A stretch of 64,000 nucleotides of DNA from the NCBI GenBank assembly GCA_034423035.1, contig DAOUJF010000025.1, forward strand, positions 349-64,348. The letters are read 5' to 3'. Of the stretch, positions 36,308 to 46,062 are shown in pieces. This DNA is from Dehalococcoidia bacterium (lineage in GTDB: Bacteria > Chloroflexota > Dehalococcoidia > Lucifugimonadales > VXLM01). The position numbers and the translations under genes are program-made. Below the pieces are notes generated by a model. The model did no database searches. It was not told the origin of the DNA and was given only the letters and a program-made list of their open reading frames with translations. Position 1 is the first letter of the stretch, and every line of letters begins with the position of its first letter.

Positions 36308-37294
36308 ATGGCCAGTAAGTATGATCCGCTGTCGAAGCATCTTGAATCGATTGGTGCTTCAGCGTGGCACACCACCTTCCAGGAGATCGAAAGGATCCTC
36401 AGCTTTCGTTTGCCAGCGTCCGCTCGTAACCACCGATCATGGTGGCACAATAACACTATTGGCCATCCTCAAGCGCCAGCCTGGATGGACATCGGATGGA
36501 AGACCACGGATGTCGATATGAGCGCTGAGACGTTGGTGTTTAGGCGCGGTAGTATGTCTGCCCCGGGAACGAGTGCCTCTGAGGCTAAACGTGTCCCCGA
36601 GTCGGTTTCTCAGGACAATGCTCCCGTGAAATCACCCCGGAGTTCGGGTGCGTTGACAGACCAGAGTGAGATGTCTTTAGACATTCACCTTCTTATTCAA
36701 GGCCTATCTCATACTCGTCCGATCTTCCATTCGGAGGCCGACTTCCAGCACGCCCTCGCATGGTACATTCACAAAATGATGCCGGACTGCAAGGTTCGGC
36801 TGGAGTACCCGTTTCCGGTTTCCGACAAAGAACTCTACTTGGATATTTGGCTCCAAACCGAGAAAGTCGCAATCGAGTTGAAGTTTCCTTCTCGGAACCT
36901 GGAACTTGAATGGGACAGTGAACGTTTCTTCCTCCGTGAACATGGAGCACAGCCCCCTCGCCGGTATGATTTCCTAAAGGACGTTCGGAGGGTTGAACAG
37001 ATGATAATGGATGGAGCAGCCAAGGTGGGGTACGCGATCTTGCTGACAAATCACCCACACTATTGGAACCCGCCTTCAAAACAGGACGTTATCGACGTTG
37101 CCTTTCGTATACACGAAGGTCGTAATGTGTCAGGCGAATTGACGTGGTCAGGACGCGCAGGCGAGGAAACGAAAAGAGGCAGGGAAGAACCAATAGACAT
37201 CATCGGCTCTTACGACCTGCACTGGCGGGACTACTCGAGATTTGGCAGCGGTACCAATCAACAATTTCGGTATCTAGCCGTAATGGTTCAATAA
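36308..37294 (+). CDS. Hypothetical protein: small N-terminal domain + C-terminal PD-(D/E)xK nuclease-like domain
   Basis: YLDIWLQTEKVAIELKF provides the D...ExK core. The gene is visibly lower in GC (about 50%) than both neighbours. Confidence 0.55.
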   Translation: MASKYDPLSKHLESIGASAWHTTFQEIERILSFRLPASARNHRSWWHNNTIGHPQAPAWMDIGWKTTDVDMSAETLVFRRGSMSAPGTSASEAKRVPESVSQDNAPVKSPRSSGALTDQSEMSLDIHLLIQGLSHTRPIFHSEADFQHALAWYIHKMMPDCKVRLEYPFPVSDKELYLDIWLQTEKVAIELKFPSRNLELEWDSERFFLREHGAQPPRRYDFLKDVRRVEQMIMDGAAKVGYAILLTNHPHYWNPPSKQDVIDVAFRIHEGRNVSGELTWSGRAGEETKRGREEPIDIIGSYDLHWRDYSRFGSGTNQQFRYLAVMVQ

Positions 37295-37358
37295 CCCACG
37301 ACCTGCTACAGTTCCCACCGACACACAACAACCTGACGGAGCAAACGGAGGAAAAGGA

Positions 37359-38936
37359 ATGTTCGACGTTCTCATAACGGGCGGCACAATAGTGGACGGC
37401 ACGGGAAAGCCGGGGTACCGCGCCGACCTGGGCATCACGGGCGAGAAGATTGAGTCCATCGGCGACCTGTCACAGGCGCAGGCGCGGCGCTACATTGACG
37501 CGACGGGCCACGTTGTCTCGCCGGGTTTCATCGACACGCACGTCCACTCCGACGCCGTGCTCCTCATCGACGGACAGCATCCGCAGGGACTCCGTCAGGG
37601 GATCACCACCGAGATTCTCGGTCAGGACGGGCTGTCCTACGTGCCCGCCTCGCCCGAAAACTACCGGATGTACAACCACTACCTCTCCGGCATCCTCGGC
37701 AGAGCGCCCGACGACCTCGACATGAGCTCCGTCACCGCATTCAAGGCGAACTATCACCACAAGACCGCCATCAACGTCGTCACCAACATCGCCCACGGCG
37801 CCCTTCGCGTGGAGGCCTGCGGAATGCAGGACATTCCCATGGTGGGTGACCGCCTCGAACATGCCAAACGCCTCGTGTGGGAGGGCATGGAGCAGGGCGC
37901 CGTCGGCCTCGCGACCGGCATGTCCTACCATCCGCAGGCATGGAGCGACACCGAAGAACTGATCGAACTCTGCAAGATCGTCGCCGAGTTCGACGGCGTG
38001 TACACCACCCACCTCCGCGACGTGAACCCCGACCGCGGCTTCGGCGGGGGCGGTGTGCCGGAGGCGCTGGAGATCGGACGACGCTCCGGGGTGAAGGTCC
38101 ATTTCTCGCACACGCGCACGGCGGTAGGCACCGCCGGAAAGACTGCTGAACTGATGCAGCAGTTCGACGAAGCCAAGGACGAGGTCGATCTGACCCTGGA
38201 ACTCTACCCATACCCGACCGGAAGCTCCTTCGTCCTCAGCAACATGCCGTCCCAGGCCCACAACGGCGGCCCGGCGGAGATCATCGAGCGGCTCAAGGAT
38301 GCCGACGAGCGCGCCGTCATCGTAGATCACATCGAGACTAGCAACGCGCGGGTCGTCAAGGAGTTCGTCTATTCCCACATGCCGCTGACGCCCGAACTCG
38401 AGGGCCTAACCGTTCCAACGCTCGCCGAGCGACGCGGGAAGAGCTTCGGCGAAGTGACCATCGACCTGCTCCTGGAGAACGATCTGGAGGTCGGGTTCTG
38501 GGGCGTTCCGCCCGGCGACATAACGGACTGGCGACAAGTGAGCCAGGACGCCGTAGAGCTGCTGTCGCGCACCGACTACATGGTCGGCAGCGACTCCATC
38601 CACGTCGGCGGGCATCCGCATCCCCGCGCTTGGGGCACATTCCCGCGCTTCCTCGGCCGGTTGCGCCGACAGTTCCCGATAATGTCTCTGGAGTCGATGG
38701 TGCAGCGCATGACCGACAACGCCGCGCGTCGCTTCGGACTTACCGGGCGAGGACGGCTGGAAGAGAGCTGCTTCGCCGACGTCGTTGTCTTCAATGCCGA
38801 CACCATCATCGACACCGCAACCTACGACGACCCCCAGCAGTATCCCATTGGCATCCCGTTCGTGATCGTCAATGGACAGGTGGCTGTCGATCAGGAGCGC
38901 TGCACGGGCGTCATGGCCGGCCAGGCAATTCCGTGA
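37359..38936 (+). CDS. N-acyl-D-amino-acid deacylase (D-aminoacylase, amidohydrolase superfamily)
   Basis: MFDVLITGGTIVDGTG...VSPGFIDTHVHSD metal-binding HxH. C-terminal FADVVVFN...V.VNG pattern. Confidence 0.88.
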   Translation: MFDVLITGGTIVDGTGKPGYRADLGITGEKIESIGDLSQAQARRYIDATGHVVSPGFIDTHVHSDAVLLIDGQHPQGLRQGITTEILGQDGLSYVPASPENYRMYNHYLSGILGRAPDDLDMSSVTAFKANYHHKTAINVVTNIAHGALRVEACGMQDIPMVGDRLEHAKRLVWEGMEQGAVGLATGMSYHPQAWSDTEELIELCKIVAEFDGVYTTHLRDVNPDRGFGGGGVPEALEIGRRSGVKVHFSHTRTAVGTAGKTAELMQQFDEAKDEVDLTLELYPYPTGSSFVLSNMPSQAHNGGPAEIIERLKDADERAVIVDHIETSNARVVKEFVYSHMPLTPELEGLTVPTLAERRGKSFGEVTIDLLLENDLEVGFWGVPPGDITDWRQVSQDAVELLSRTDYMVGSDSIHVGGHPHPRAWGTFPRFLGRLRRQFPIMSLESMVQRMTDNAARRFGLTGRGRLEESCFADVVVFNADTIIDTATYDDPQQYPIGIPFVIVNGQVAVDQERCTGVMAGQAIP

Positions 38937-38979
38937 CGAGAAACGCTGATATCGGAGTGAACGCGAAAACCGGAGCGCC

Positions 38980-39720
38980 GTGCTAGGCCCAATCGAGATC
39001 GCGGTCTCGGCACTCGTGCTGGCGGTCGCCGGGTTTGCCATCGGCGCCATCGGCTTCGGTTTCGGTCTCACGACCACGCCGATCATGCTGCTGTACCTCG
39101 ACCCACAGACGGTCGTGATCGTGGTGAATGCCGTCGCCGTTCTGGCGTTCGGCCTCGTGCTGGTCGAGACCCGTGACCACGTCCCCTATCGCGACCTCAC
39201 GCCTACCGCCATCGCGGGCGCTCTCGGCGCCCCCATCGGCGTGTACGCACTCAGCGCGCTGGACCCTTCCACCCTCCGCATAGGCATCAGCGCGCTCGTG
39301 TTGGCCCTAACTGCCCTCGTGGTCGTCAAGACGGAGTGGCGCGTACCAAAGCCGCAGCTCACCGGGCCAGTGATCGGCTTCTGTGTCGCCGCCATGGTCA
39401 CCGGCCTCGCCATCGGTGGCCCTCTCCTCGTCCTGTTCTTCCTCGGTCGCGGCATGGAACGGCAGGGCGTCCGTGCCTCAATGGCGTTCTTCTTCATGGT
39501 GATGTACGTCACCGCCCTGGCGGGCTATTTCATCCAGGGGCTGATGACCTCCGACCGCCTCCTCCTTACCGCCGCGACGGCACCCGCGGTCGCCATCGGC
39601 TACTGGCTCTCCGTGCGCCTCACCGGACGGATGAATGAGAAGGTCTTCCGTCAAGTGGTAGTCATCGTCATCGCCGTGACGAGCACGATGGTCCTGGCGC
39701 GGGAGGTATTCTCGCTGTAG
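38980..39720 (+). CDS. TauE/SafE-family sulfite/anion exporter
   Basis: About 8 TM helices with G(F/I)G.G motifs at the start of each half (GAIGFGFGL, GLAIGGPL). Confidence 0.75.
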   Translation: MLGPIEIAVSALVLAVAGFAIGAIGFGFGLTTTPIMLLYLDPQTVVIVVNAVAVLAFGLVLVETRDHVPYRDLTPTAIAGALGAPIGVYALSALDPSTLRIGISALVLALTALVVVKTEWRVPKPQLTGPVIGFCVAAMVTGLAIGGPLLVLFFLGRGMERQGVRASMAFFFMVMYVTALAGYFIQGLMTSDRLLLTAATAPAVAIGYWLSVRLTGRMNEKVFRQVVVIVIAVTSTMVLAREVFSL

Positions 39721-39812
39721 GCCGCATGCACCGACCCATCCGCCCGTTCGCGGTTGACACCCCCTTCACCGACTCGTAGGATGCGCACCAACTTGCGTGA
39801 GGGGTGTACGGG

Positions 39813-40943
39813 ATGGACTTTGGGATCATCTACGAGATGCAGCGGCCCACGCCCGACGGGGTCGTCGACGAAAAGGCGCTGATCGAAGAGACCATCGAGC
39901 AGTGCGTTCTGGCAGACAAGGTCGGATTCGACTACATTTGGTTCGTCGAGCACCACTTCCTCACAACGTTTTCCGGCTCCTCAGCGCCTGAGGTGCTCAT
40001 AGGGGCCCTCGCGACTGCCACCAAGCGCATCCGTCTCGGTTTCGGCGTCGTAGTCCTGCCCCATGAGCACCCGATCCGCGTCGCCGAGAAGGTCGCCATG
40101 GCAGACCATGTGTCCGGCGGACGCATCGATTTCGGCACCGGACGGAGCAACTCCTACGAGCAGCAGGGCTTCGAGGTCGACCCACGCGACACCCGCGCCA
40201 TCTGGGACGAGGCGCTCGACGTGGTCTGCGGCATCTGGCGCGAGAAGGAAGAGTTCAAGTGGAACGGCAACTTCTGGAACATCCCCTCGCGCCGCATCCA
40301 CCCGAAGCCTCAGCAGTCGCCCCATCCACCGATATGGGTCGCCGCCATGCAGCCGGACACCTACACCATCGCGGCGGAGAAGGGGTTGGGAGTCCTTGCC
40401 TTCTCCTCGGAGGCCCCCGAGAACTATACCGAGCACATCAAGGAGTACCGGAAGAACGTCAAGAGCGCCAATCCCGTCGGCGATGTCATCAACGACAAGT
40501 GGGGCAACTTCACCATCGGCTACTGCGGCGAGGACAACGCTGAGGCACAGCAGCTTGGAGCGGACGCCATCAGGTCGTTCTTCGGCCCCGACCGTCCCTA
40601 CGTGCAGGGGCGGCGCGACGTGTACAAGAACCTGATTGAGTCCTGGGGCGGTCTCCCCGACCATCTCCAGCGCGAGTTCGACAACTACCTGATCGGAGCT
40701 GCGTCTGAGTCCGACGACGATGCCGCCCGCGCCATCTGGGAGAAGCTGGATCCCTCCATACTCGCCGAGCGCGGCATCATCATCGCGGGCGACCCGGAGA
40801 GCTGCGCGACGGGCATCCGCGCCCACGAGGAGTCCGGCGCCGACCAGGTCCTCATGGTCATGCAGACCGACATGATACCCCACGAAAAGGTGATGACATC
40901 CATCGACCTCTTCGGCCGCGAAGTCATCCCCATGTTCAAGTAA
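39813..40943 (+). CDS. LLM-class (luciferase-like) flavin-dependent oxidoreductase
   Basis: FGIIYE..., GFDYIWFVEHHF, RLGFGVVVLP are typical luciferase-like monooxygenase segments. Confidence 0.85.
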   Translation: MDFGIIYEMQRPTPDGVVDEKALIEETIEQCVLADKVGFDYIWFVEHHFLTTFSGSSAPEVLIGALATATKRIRLGFGVVVLPHEHPIRVAEKVAMADHVSGGRIDFGTGRSNSYEQQGFEVDPRDTRAIWDEALDVVCGIWREKEEFKWNGNFWNIPSRRIHPKPQQSPHPPIWVAAMQPDTYTIAAEKGLGVLAFSSEAPENYTEHIKEYRKNVKSANPVGDVINDKWGNFTIGYCGEDNAEAQQLGADAIRSFFGPDRPYVQGRRDVYKNLIESWGGLPDHLQREFDNYLIGAASESDDDAARAIWEKLDPSILAERGIIIAGDPESCATGIRAHEESGADQVLMVMQTDMIPHEKVMTSIDLFGREVIPMFK

Positions 40944-40993
40944 CGGCGGGGACAGTCGTCCAAGCGGGGTGTCGAATACGTCGTACTGGCTGG

Positions 40994-41056
40994 TCGTGGT
41001 GAGCTTGTCGAACCATGAACGGCACTTCGGCCCTTCGACACGCTCAGGGCGAACGG
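40994..41056. repeat. Family A palindromic repeat, copy A3
   Basis: TCGTGGTGAGCTTGTCGAACCATGA...CCCTTCGACACGCTCAGGGCGAACGG between convergent genes. Confidence 0.85.
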
Positions 41057-41065
41057 GGGTCTTAT

Positions 41066-41833
41066 CTAGGGCGAAAAACGTCGGACGAGGGCCTTCGCGT
41101 GCTCCCGAATCTCCGGCTTATCGCTCCGCTCCCACGTCGCCAGCAACTCGCGATACGAACAGGCAACGAACCTTACCTCGTCCCCCACGACGTCTTGCGC
41201 GAACCTGCTAATCTCCTCGCGGTGGGAGGCCTTGGCTTCTTCGGCAATGGGCTTGCCGTCTCTAGGCCAGATATCCGGCTCCGCATAGAGGTAGAAGAGG
41301 ACCGGCTTCAGTCCCTCGAATTCACCGCCGGACCTGACTTGCGTCCGCAAGCCGAGTGCATGTTTGACAAGCTGCGCTCTGTCAAGTCCAACGGAGGGTC
41401 TATCGTTCCGAATGAGCTGGTCTCTAACCCCTTCGTACCCCTTCATACGATCGCCCCAAACCGGCCTCAAGTACGCATCAGAAAACGGCACACTGGCCGG
41501 TCTGAAAGGCTCGAACCGCTTGGCCTCGACCCCGACAAGTGCCGATGAAGTCACGATGAGAACATCGAGCCAGGGATGCCGTCCGCCTCTCCATGGGAAC
41601 CGTACCTCTTTCTCTATATGGAGTGAAGAAGCAGGCCACTCGACGTCCTCACATCCAGGTAGGGGAGCCAAGTCCGCAGGTCGATCGAGGAAGAACCCGA
41701 ACGTGTTGGCTGCGAGAGCCGCTGAGGACTCCGGGCTGTCGAACTTGCCGCTGACGATCTCATTGCCCGGAGCAGCGCTGTAGACCGCCTCGACTTGCTC
41801 GGTGGGTACTCCGGGTAGGAACCTCTTTTCCAC
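41066..41833 (-). CDS. Hypothetical PD-(D/E)xK nuclease-like protein (restriction-endonuclease-like fold)
   Basis: ESSAALAANTFGFF N-terminal helix, then WLDVLIVTSSALVGVEAKRFE (D-x13-E-x-K). AGGAG RBS before the GTG start. Confidence 0.55.
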   Translation of the reverse strand: MEKRFLPGVPTEQVEAVYSAAPGNEIVSGKFDSPESSAALAANTFGFFLDRPADLAPLPGCEDVEWPASSLHIEKEVRFPWRGGRHPWLDVLIVTSSALVGVEAKRFEPFRPASVPFSDAYLRPVWGDRMKGYEGVRDQLIRNDRPSVGLDRAQLVKHALGLRTQVRSGGEFEGLKPVLFYLYAEPDIWPRDGKPIAEEAKASHREEISRFAQDVVGDEVRFVACSYRELLATWERSDKPEIREHAKALVRRFSP

Positions 41834-41852
41834 GATTGTCTCCTGTCTGACC

Positions 41853-42995
41853 CTATCCCACCCCCAGCACCCGCGCCGCCGTTCCGCCCATCACCAGCGA
41901 CTGGTCATCTTCACTCAGCCCTGCCCAGTCCGTGAATTGCCCCTCGATCCACTGGCGCGACTGCCGGTAGGTGCAGAACCGGTTCTGGAACGGCATGTCC
42001 GTCCCCCACATGAGGTTCGCTGCTCCGATACGTTCCAGCATAGCTGACAGCGTCGGCCAGACCTCGCGGTAGGGATACTCAAAGATGTCGCCGAGCCGCA
42101 CGGGGAAGCAGACCTCGATGCTGACGTTCGGGTTGGAGAACGGCTCCCAGATCTCGTCCGGCAGTACGATGGACTGCTGCTCGTCGTTGAGGAATGTCCG
42201 CCAGGGGAATCCGTGCGTGAGGCTGCACACGGCGTCGGGGTACCGCTCCATCCAGCGCATGAGCGTCCGGTGCTCGTCGAGATAGCCCCGCTGCTCCTGG
42301 GCCTTCGTGCGCTTGACTCCCTTGAGGTCGTCCGGGCCTGCGCCAAGCGTGAAGAAGATCGGCACGCCGAGCTCGGTCACCGCCTCCCAGAATGGACGGT
42401 AGGGCCCGTCATCCCACTCCTCGTCGCTCGTCCTGTAGCACAGCGGCGGGATGAACTTGACGGCGTGAAGCCCGTGCTCCTCGATGGCCCGCACGGTCTC
42501 CGCAGTCACGGTGTCGGTCTCGTTGATGATGCGCCACTCGTCCACAGGCGCCATCGCGAACATCCTGCCGGGAAAGCGCTCGACGATCTCCTGCAGGTAG
42601 GAACTATCCCGCACCAGTGCCGGATCGGTGTGCAGCAGGACGCCCTCGACACCAGCATAGTGCATCTCGGAATCCAGGCTGAATGGCGTGAACTCGGTGT
42701 TCCGCAGGTTTGGCGGCAGGAAGTATTTTGTATACTCTCGACCCTCCCAGTTCCAGACCACGCGGCCTCTCGGCTTGTTGACGCGGAACCGCAGGTCAGG
42801 GAGGTTGTCGATGTCGTGGGTGCCTGCCGGATCGAGCACCTCGGACGGCCCAAGTTTCCCGTCCGGTATCCGCATCGCCGGCTGATGGTGAGAGGCGTTG
42901 GCAGCCTGCGCCCATCGCAGGTGCTCCTCGCCTGAGGAATACCCACGAGGGCTGTCAAGCGCCTCGAAGCAGTATGCGTGAGAGTCGATGATCAT
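41853..42995 (-). CDS. Amidohydrolase-2-family (TIM-barrel metal hydrolase/decarboxylase) protein
   Basis: MIIDSHAYCF.. start, ..LHTDP.., ..KFIP.., ..GTDMPF.. pattern. Paralogue of 43557..44690. ATGA overlap with grpB. Confidence 0.75.
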   Translation of the reverse strand: MIIDSHAYCFEALDSPRGYSSGEEHLRWAQAANASHHQPAMRIPDGKLGPSEVLDPAGTHDIDNLPDLRFRVNKPRGRVVWNWEGREYTKYFLPPNLRNTEFTPFSLDSEMHYAGVEGVLLHTDPALVRDSSYLQEIVERFPGRMFAMAPVDEWRIINETDTVTAETVRAIEEHGLHAVKFIPPLCYRTSDEEWDDGPYRPFWEAVTELGVPIFFTLGAGPDDLKGVKRTKAQEQRGYLDEHRTLMRWMERYPDAVCSLTHGFPWRTFLNDEQQSIVLPDEIWEPFSNPNVSIEVCFPVRLGDIFEYPYREVWPTLSAMLERIGAANLMWGTDMPFQNRFCTYRQSRQWIEGQFTDWAGLSEDDQSLVMGGTAARVLGVG

Positions 42996-43564
42996 CCTTC
43001 CTCCTCCTGTCCGTCCTGTGATTCTGCGAGCGCCGATTCGGTGGTCTGGCTGATGAATACGCCCTTTGCGTCGGTGTAAGCCGGGCGATCGTCCCTATAC
43101 TGTGAAGCCAACTCCCGCTTTAGACGCTCGTATGTCATAGCCGTCACCGAGTTAGTCCTGAGTTGGTCCCTGAATGCCACAAGCTTCCGCACATCCGAAT
43201 GGTCTTGAGGGTACATGTGGCAATGTACCACCGTGCGGCCGTCCACGATCTTGTCGAAGTAGAATCGTCCGGGGAGTCCGTTCTCCCCTCTATACCTATA
43301 CCCAAGTGTAGCCATCGGCCCAACGGCATTCTCGCCATCACTTGGGTTGGCTACGACCGGCATGATATCCAGGATCGGCTTCGCCGCCAGACCAGGCACG
43401 GACGTGCTCCCGACGTGGTGTACTTCCATCACCCCAGGCCCGCACCTTTCAAGGATAACTGCTCGTTCACACTCGAATATCTCAGCCCATTCGGAGAGAT
43501 GCTCCACGATCTCGACGTGATCCCTATCGGTACCCAAAACCCTCCAATTGTTCGTATCATCCAT
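42992..43564 (-). CDS. GrpB-family protein (UPF0157)
   Basis: HHVGSTSVPGLAAKPILDIMPVV and ..HCHMY.. are GrpB signatures. It overlaps both flanking genes. Confidence 0.8.
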   Translation of the reverse strand: MDDTNNWRVLGTDRDHVEIVEHLSEWAEIFECERAVILERCGPGVMEVHHVGSTSVPGLAAKPILDIMPVVANPSDGENAVGPMATLGYRYRGENGLPGRFYFDKIVDGRTVVHCHMYPQDHSDVRKLVAFRDQLRTNSVTAMTYERLKRELASQYRDDRPAYTDAKGVFISQTTESALAESQDGQEEEG

Positions 43565-44690
43565 CGTCCACTCCGAGCACACGGGCGGCAGTGCCTCCCA
43601 TTATCAGGGCAAGGTCATCGTCGCTCAGTCCGGTGGCGGGTGCGAAGTGGCCTTCCAGCCAGTCACGCGATTGCCTGTACGTGCAGAAGCGGTTCTGGAA
43701 CGGCATGTCGGTGCCGTACATAAGCTGACGCGGCCCGATCCGGTCGACCATCGCCTCCATAGTCGGCCAGACCTCGCGGTAGGGATAGTCGTAGATGTCT
43801 CCGACGCGGACGGGGAAGCATACCTCCAGGCTCAGGTTCGGGTTCGCGAACGGCTCCCATATCTCATCGGGGAGGACGATGCGGTCGCCGTCCATGTACA
43901 CGCGCCAGGGAAACCCGTGTGTGATGCTGCAGAGCATGTCGGGGTAGCGCTCCATGAGGCGAGAGAGAATGCGGAGCTCGCCGATGTAGTTCTCCCGTCC
44001 GTAGGCGTCGGGATGCGCCTCGCTCGCTCGAGCGGGCCCGGTGCTCAGCGTGAAGAAGACCGGCACGCCAAGTGTGGAGACCGCCTCCCAGAATTCTTCG
44101 TATGGGCCTCCGTCCCAGGGCTCATCGCTGACGGTGTACCCGGCGGAGCCGAACTTGATCGCGTGCAGGCCGAGGTCTTTGATGGCCGTCGTGACGCCGT
44201 CAATCACCGAGTCCACGTCGGTGTGAATCTGCCGCTCGTCGAGTAGCGCCATCGACAGTATGCGGTCGGGGTACTGTGCTACGCACTCAGTCAGGTACTC
44301 GTTGCTCCGTCCGAGCATGGCGTTCGTGTGGAGCAGGATCTTGTCTATGCCCGCGTAGTCCATCTCTCCAATGAGACTGTCAGGCGTGAACTCCAGGTTG
44401 CGCAGGTTCGGCGGATAGAAATGCTTCGTGTAAGTCTCCCCCCGGTAGTCCCACAGGACACGCCCCGCCGCCTTGTCGATGCGAAAGTTCACGTCCGGCA
44501 GGTCGTCGAGGTCTCCCCTGTTCGGATCGAGAACGTCGGACGGCCCGTCTGCCCGATCATGAAGTCGAAACGCTGGCTGGTGGTGGCCGGCCTGCGCCTT
44601 CTGCACCCAGCGGAGGTGTTCCTCGCCGGAAGCATACCCGCGAGGGCTGTCGGCGGGCTCGAAACAGTATGCGTGCGAGTCGATAATCAT
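43557..44690 (-). CDS. Amidohydrolase-2-family protein, paralogue
   Basis: MIIDSHAYCFEPADSPRGYASGEEHLRW.. is collinear with 41853..42995. Confidence 0.75.
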   Translation of the reverse strand: MIIDSHAYCFEPADSPRGYASGEEHLRWVQKAQAGHHQPAFRLHDRADGPSDVLDPNRGDLDDLPDVNFRIDKAAGRVLWDYRGETYTKHFYPPNLRNLEFTPDSLIGEMDYAGIDKILLHTNAMLGRSNEYLTECVAQYPDRILSMALLDERQIHTDVDSVIDGVTTAIKDLGLHAIKFGSAGYTVSDEPWDGGPYEEFWEAVSTLGVPVFFTLSTGPARASEAHPDAYGRENYIGELRILSRLMERYPDMLCSITHGFPWRVYMDGDRIVLPDEIWEPFANPNLSLEVCFPVRVGDIYDYPYREVWPTMEAMVDRIGPRQLMYGTDMPFQNRFCTYRQSRDWLEGHFAPATGLSDDDLALIMGGTAARVLGVDDG

Positions 44691-44803
44691 TCGATAGGAG
44701 TCCTCCGCACGGCCAACATGGTACCACTCCCATGCTCTGCCCGGCGTGATACACTTCGCCGACATTCACCGGACATGTGACCCCCTACGACAAGGAGAAC
44801 GAC

Positions 44804-45103
44804 ATGATTGCACAGTTGCGGACGTACACGATCAACAAGGGCATGATGGACGACTGGCTGAAGGTCTTTCGCGAGGACATCGTCCCGCTGTGCCGGAGCA
44901 TGGGCATCGGCGTCGAGTCGGCATGGGTGAACGACGAGGGGACGCAGTTCACCTGGATTCGCACCTTCGAGGACGCAGACGACATCGAGCGCAAGGAAGC
45001 CGCCATGTACGGCAGCGAGTGGTGGGACGAGAACGTCACCTTCGTCCGCAGCCACCTCGCCCACCGCGAGTTCACCGTCGTCAACCCCGTGGAGTTCGAA
45101 TAG
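44804..45103 (+). CDS. NIPSNAP-family protein
   Basis: MIAQLRTYTINKGMMDDWLKVF.. small dimeric alpha-beta barrel pattern. AAGGAG RBS. Confidence 0.7.
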   Translation: MIAQLRTYTINKGMMDDWLKVFREDIVPLCRSMGIGVESAWVNDEGTQFTWIRTFEDADDIERKEAAMYGSEWWDENVTFVRSHLAHREFTVVNPVEFE

Positions 45104-45148
45104 GGGACGAATGGCTTCTCCATTCTGCTGGTGACCGGAGACTGAATC

Positions 45149-46051
45149 ATGTTCGAAGGCTTCACACACACCAACCTCACCGCCAACGGCGTCGGCATCA
45201 ACCTGAGATACGGGGGCAGCGGCCCGCCGCTGCTGCTCCTGCACGGCTATCCGCAGACGCACGTGATGTGGCACAAGGTCGCCCCGCCGCTCGCCGAGCG
45301 GTACACCGTCGTCGTGCCCGACATGCGGGGGTACGGTGACAGCGACAAGCCACCGGCCCCGGACGACGACCTGATCGTGTACTGCAAGCGCACCACCGCC
45401 AATGACCAGGTCGAGGTCATGCGGCAACTTGGTTTCGAGTCGTTCCACGTGGTGGGACACGACCGGGGTGCACGAGTCGGCCATAGGATGGCTCTCGACC
45501 ACCCGTCACGGGTGAGGAGCTTCACGTCCCTCGACGTTGTGCCGTCGCAGGCGGCGTTCGAGAACATGGACGCCGACCTGTCCTTCGCATGGTTTCACTG
45601 GCACCTGATGCGTCAGCCGCCCCCTCTCCCGGAGACGCTCATCGGCAGCAACGCGAAATTCTACCTCGACTTCCTCCTGGAACGCTGGACGGCAGTCGAA
45701 GGCTCGATCACCGACGAGGCATACGCCGAATACCTCCGCTGCTTCGATAACCCTGACACCGTCCGGGCGACCTGCCTCGACTACCGGGGAGTCGCCCTCG
45801 ACCTCCAGCACGACGAGGTCGACCGCGGGCGAAAGATGGACTGTCCTGTCCTTCTGCTGTGGGGCGCGGACATGAGAAAGCGCCCAGGCTGGCAGACCGG
45901 CAAGAGCCTCGACATGCTCTCCGTCTGGCGAGAACGCGCCCACGATGTACGCGGGAAGCCGCTCGACTGCGGGCACTTCATCCCGGAGGAGCGACCGGAC
46001 GAGTTGGTCGCCGAGCTAACGGCGTTTCTATCGGAGTGCGAGGGGCGGTAG
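45149..46051 (+). CDS. Alpha/beta hydrolase (haloacetate dehalogenase / epoxide hydrolase-like)
   Basis: LLLLHGYPQTHVMWHKVAP..VVVPDMRGYGDSDKP and nucleophile elbow VVGHDRGARV. Confidence 0.82.
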   Translation: MFEGFTHTNLTANGVGINLRYGGSGPPLLLLHGYPQTHVMWHKVAPPLAERYTVVVPDMRGYGDSDKPPAPDDDLIVYCKRTTANDQVEVMRQLGFESFHVVGHDRGARVGHRMALDHPSRVRSFTSLDVVPSQAAFENMDADLSFAWFHWHLMRQPPPLPETLIGSNAKFYLDFLLERWTAVEGSITDEAYAEYLRCFDNPDTVRATCLDYRGVALDLQHDEVDRGRKMDCPVLLLWGADMRKRPGWQTGKSLDMLSVWRERAHDVRGKPLDCGHFIPEERPDELVAELTAFLSECEGR

Positions 46052-46062
46052 AGCGGAAAGCT

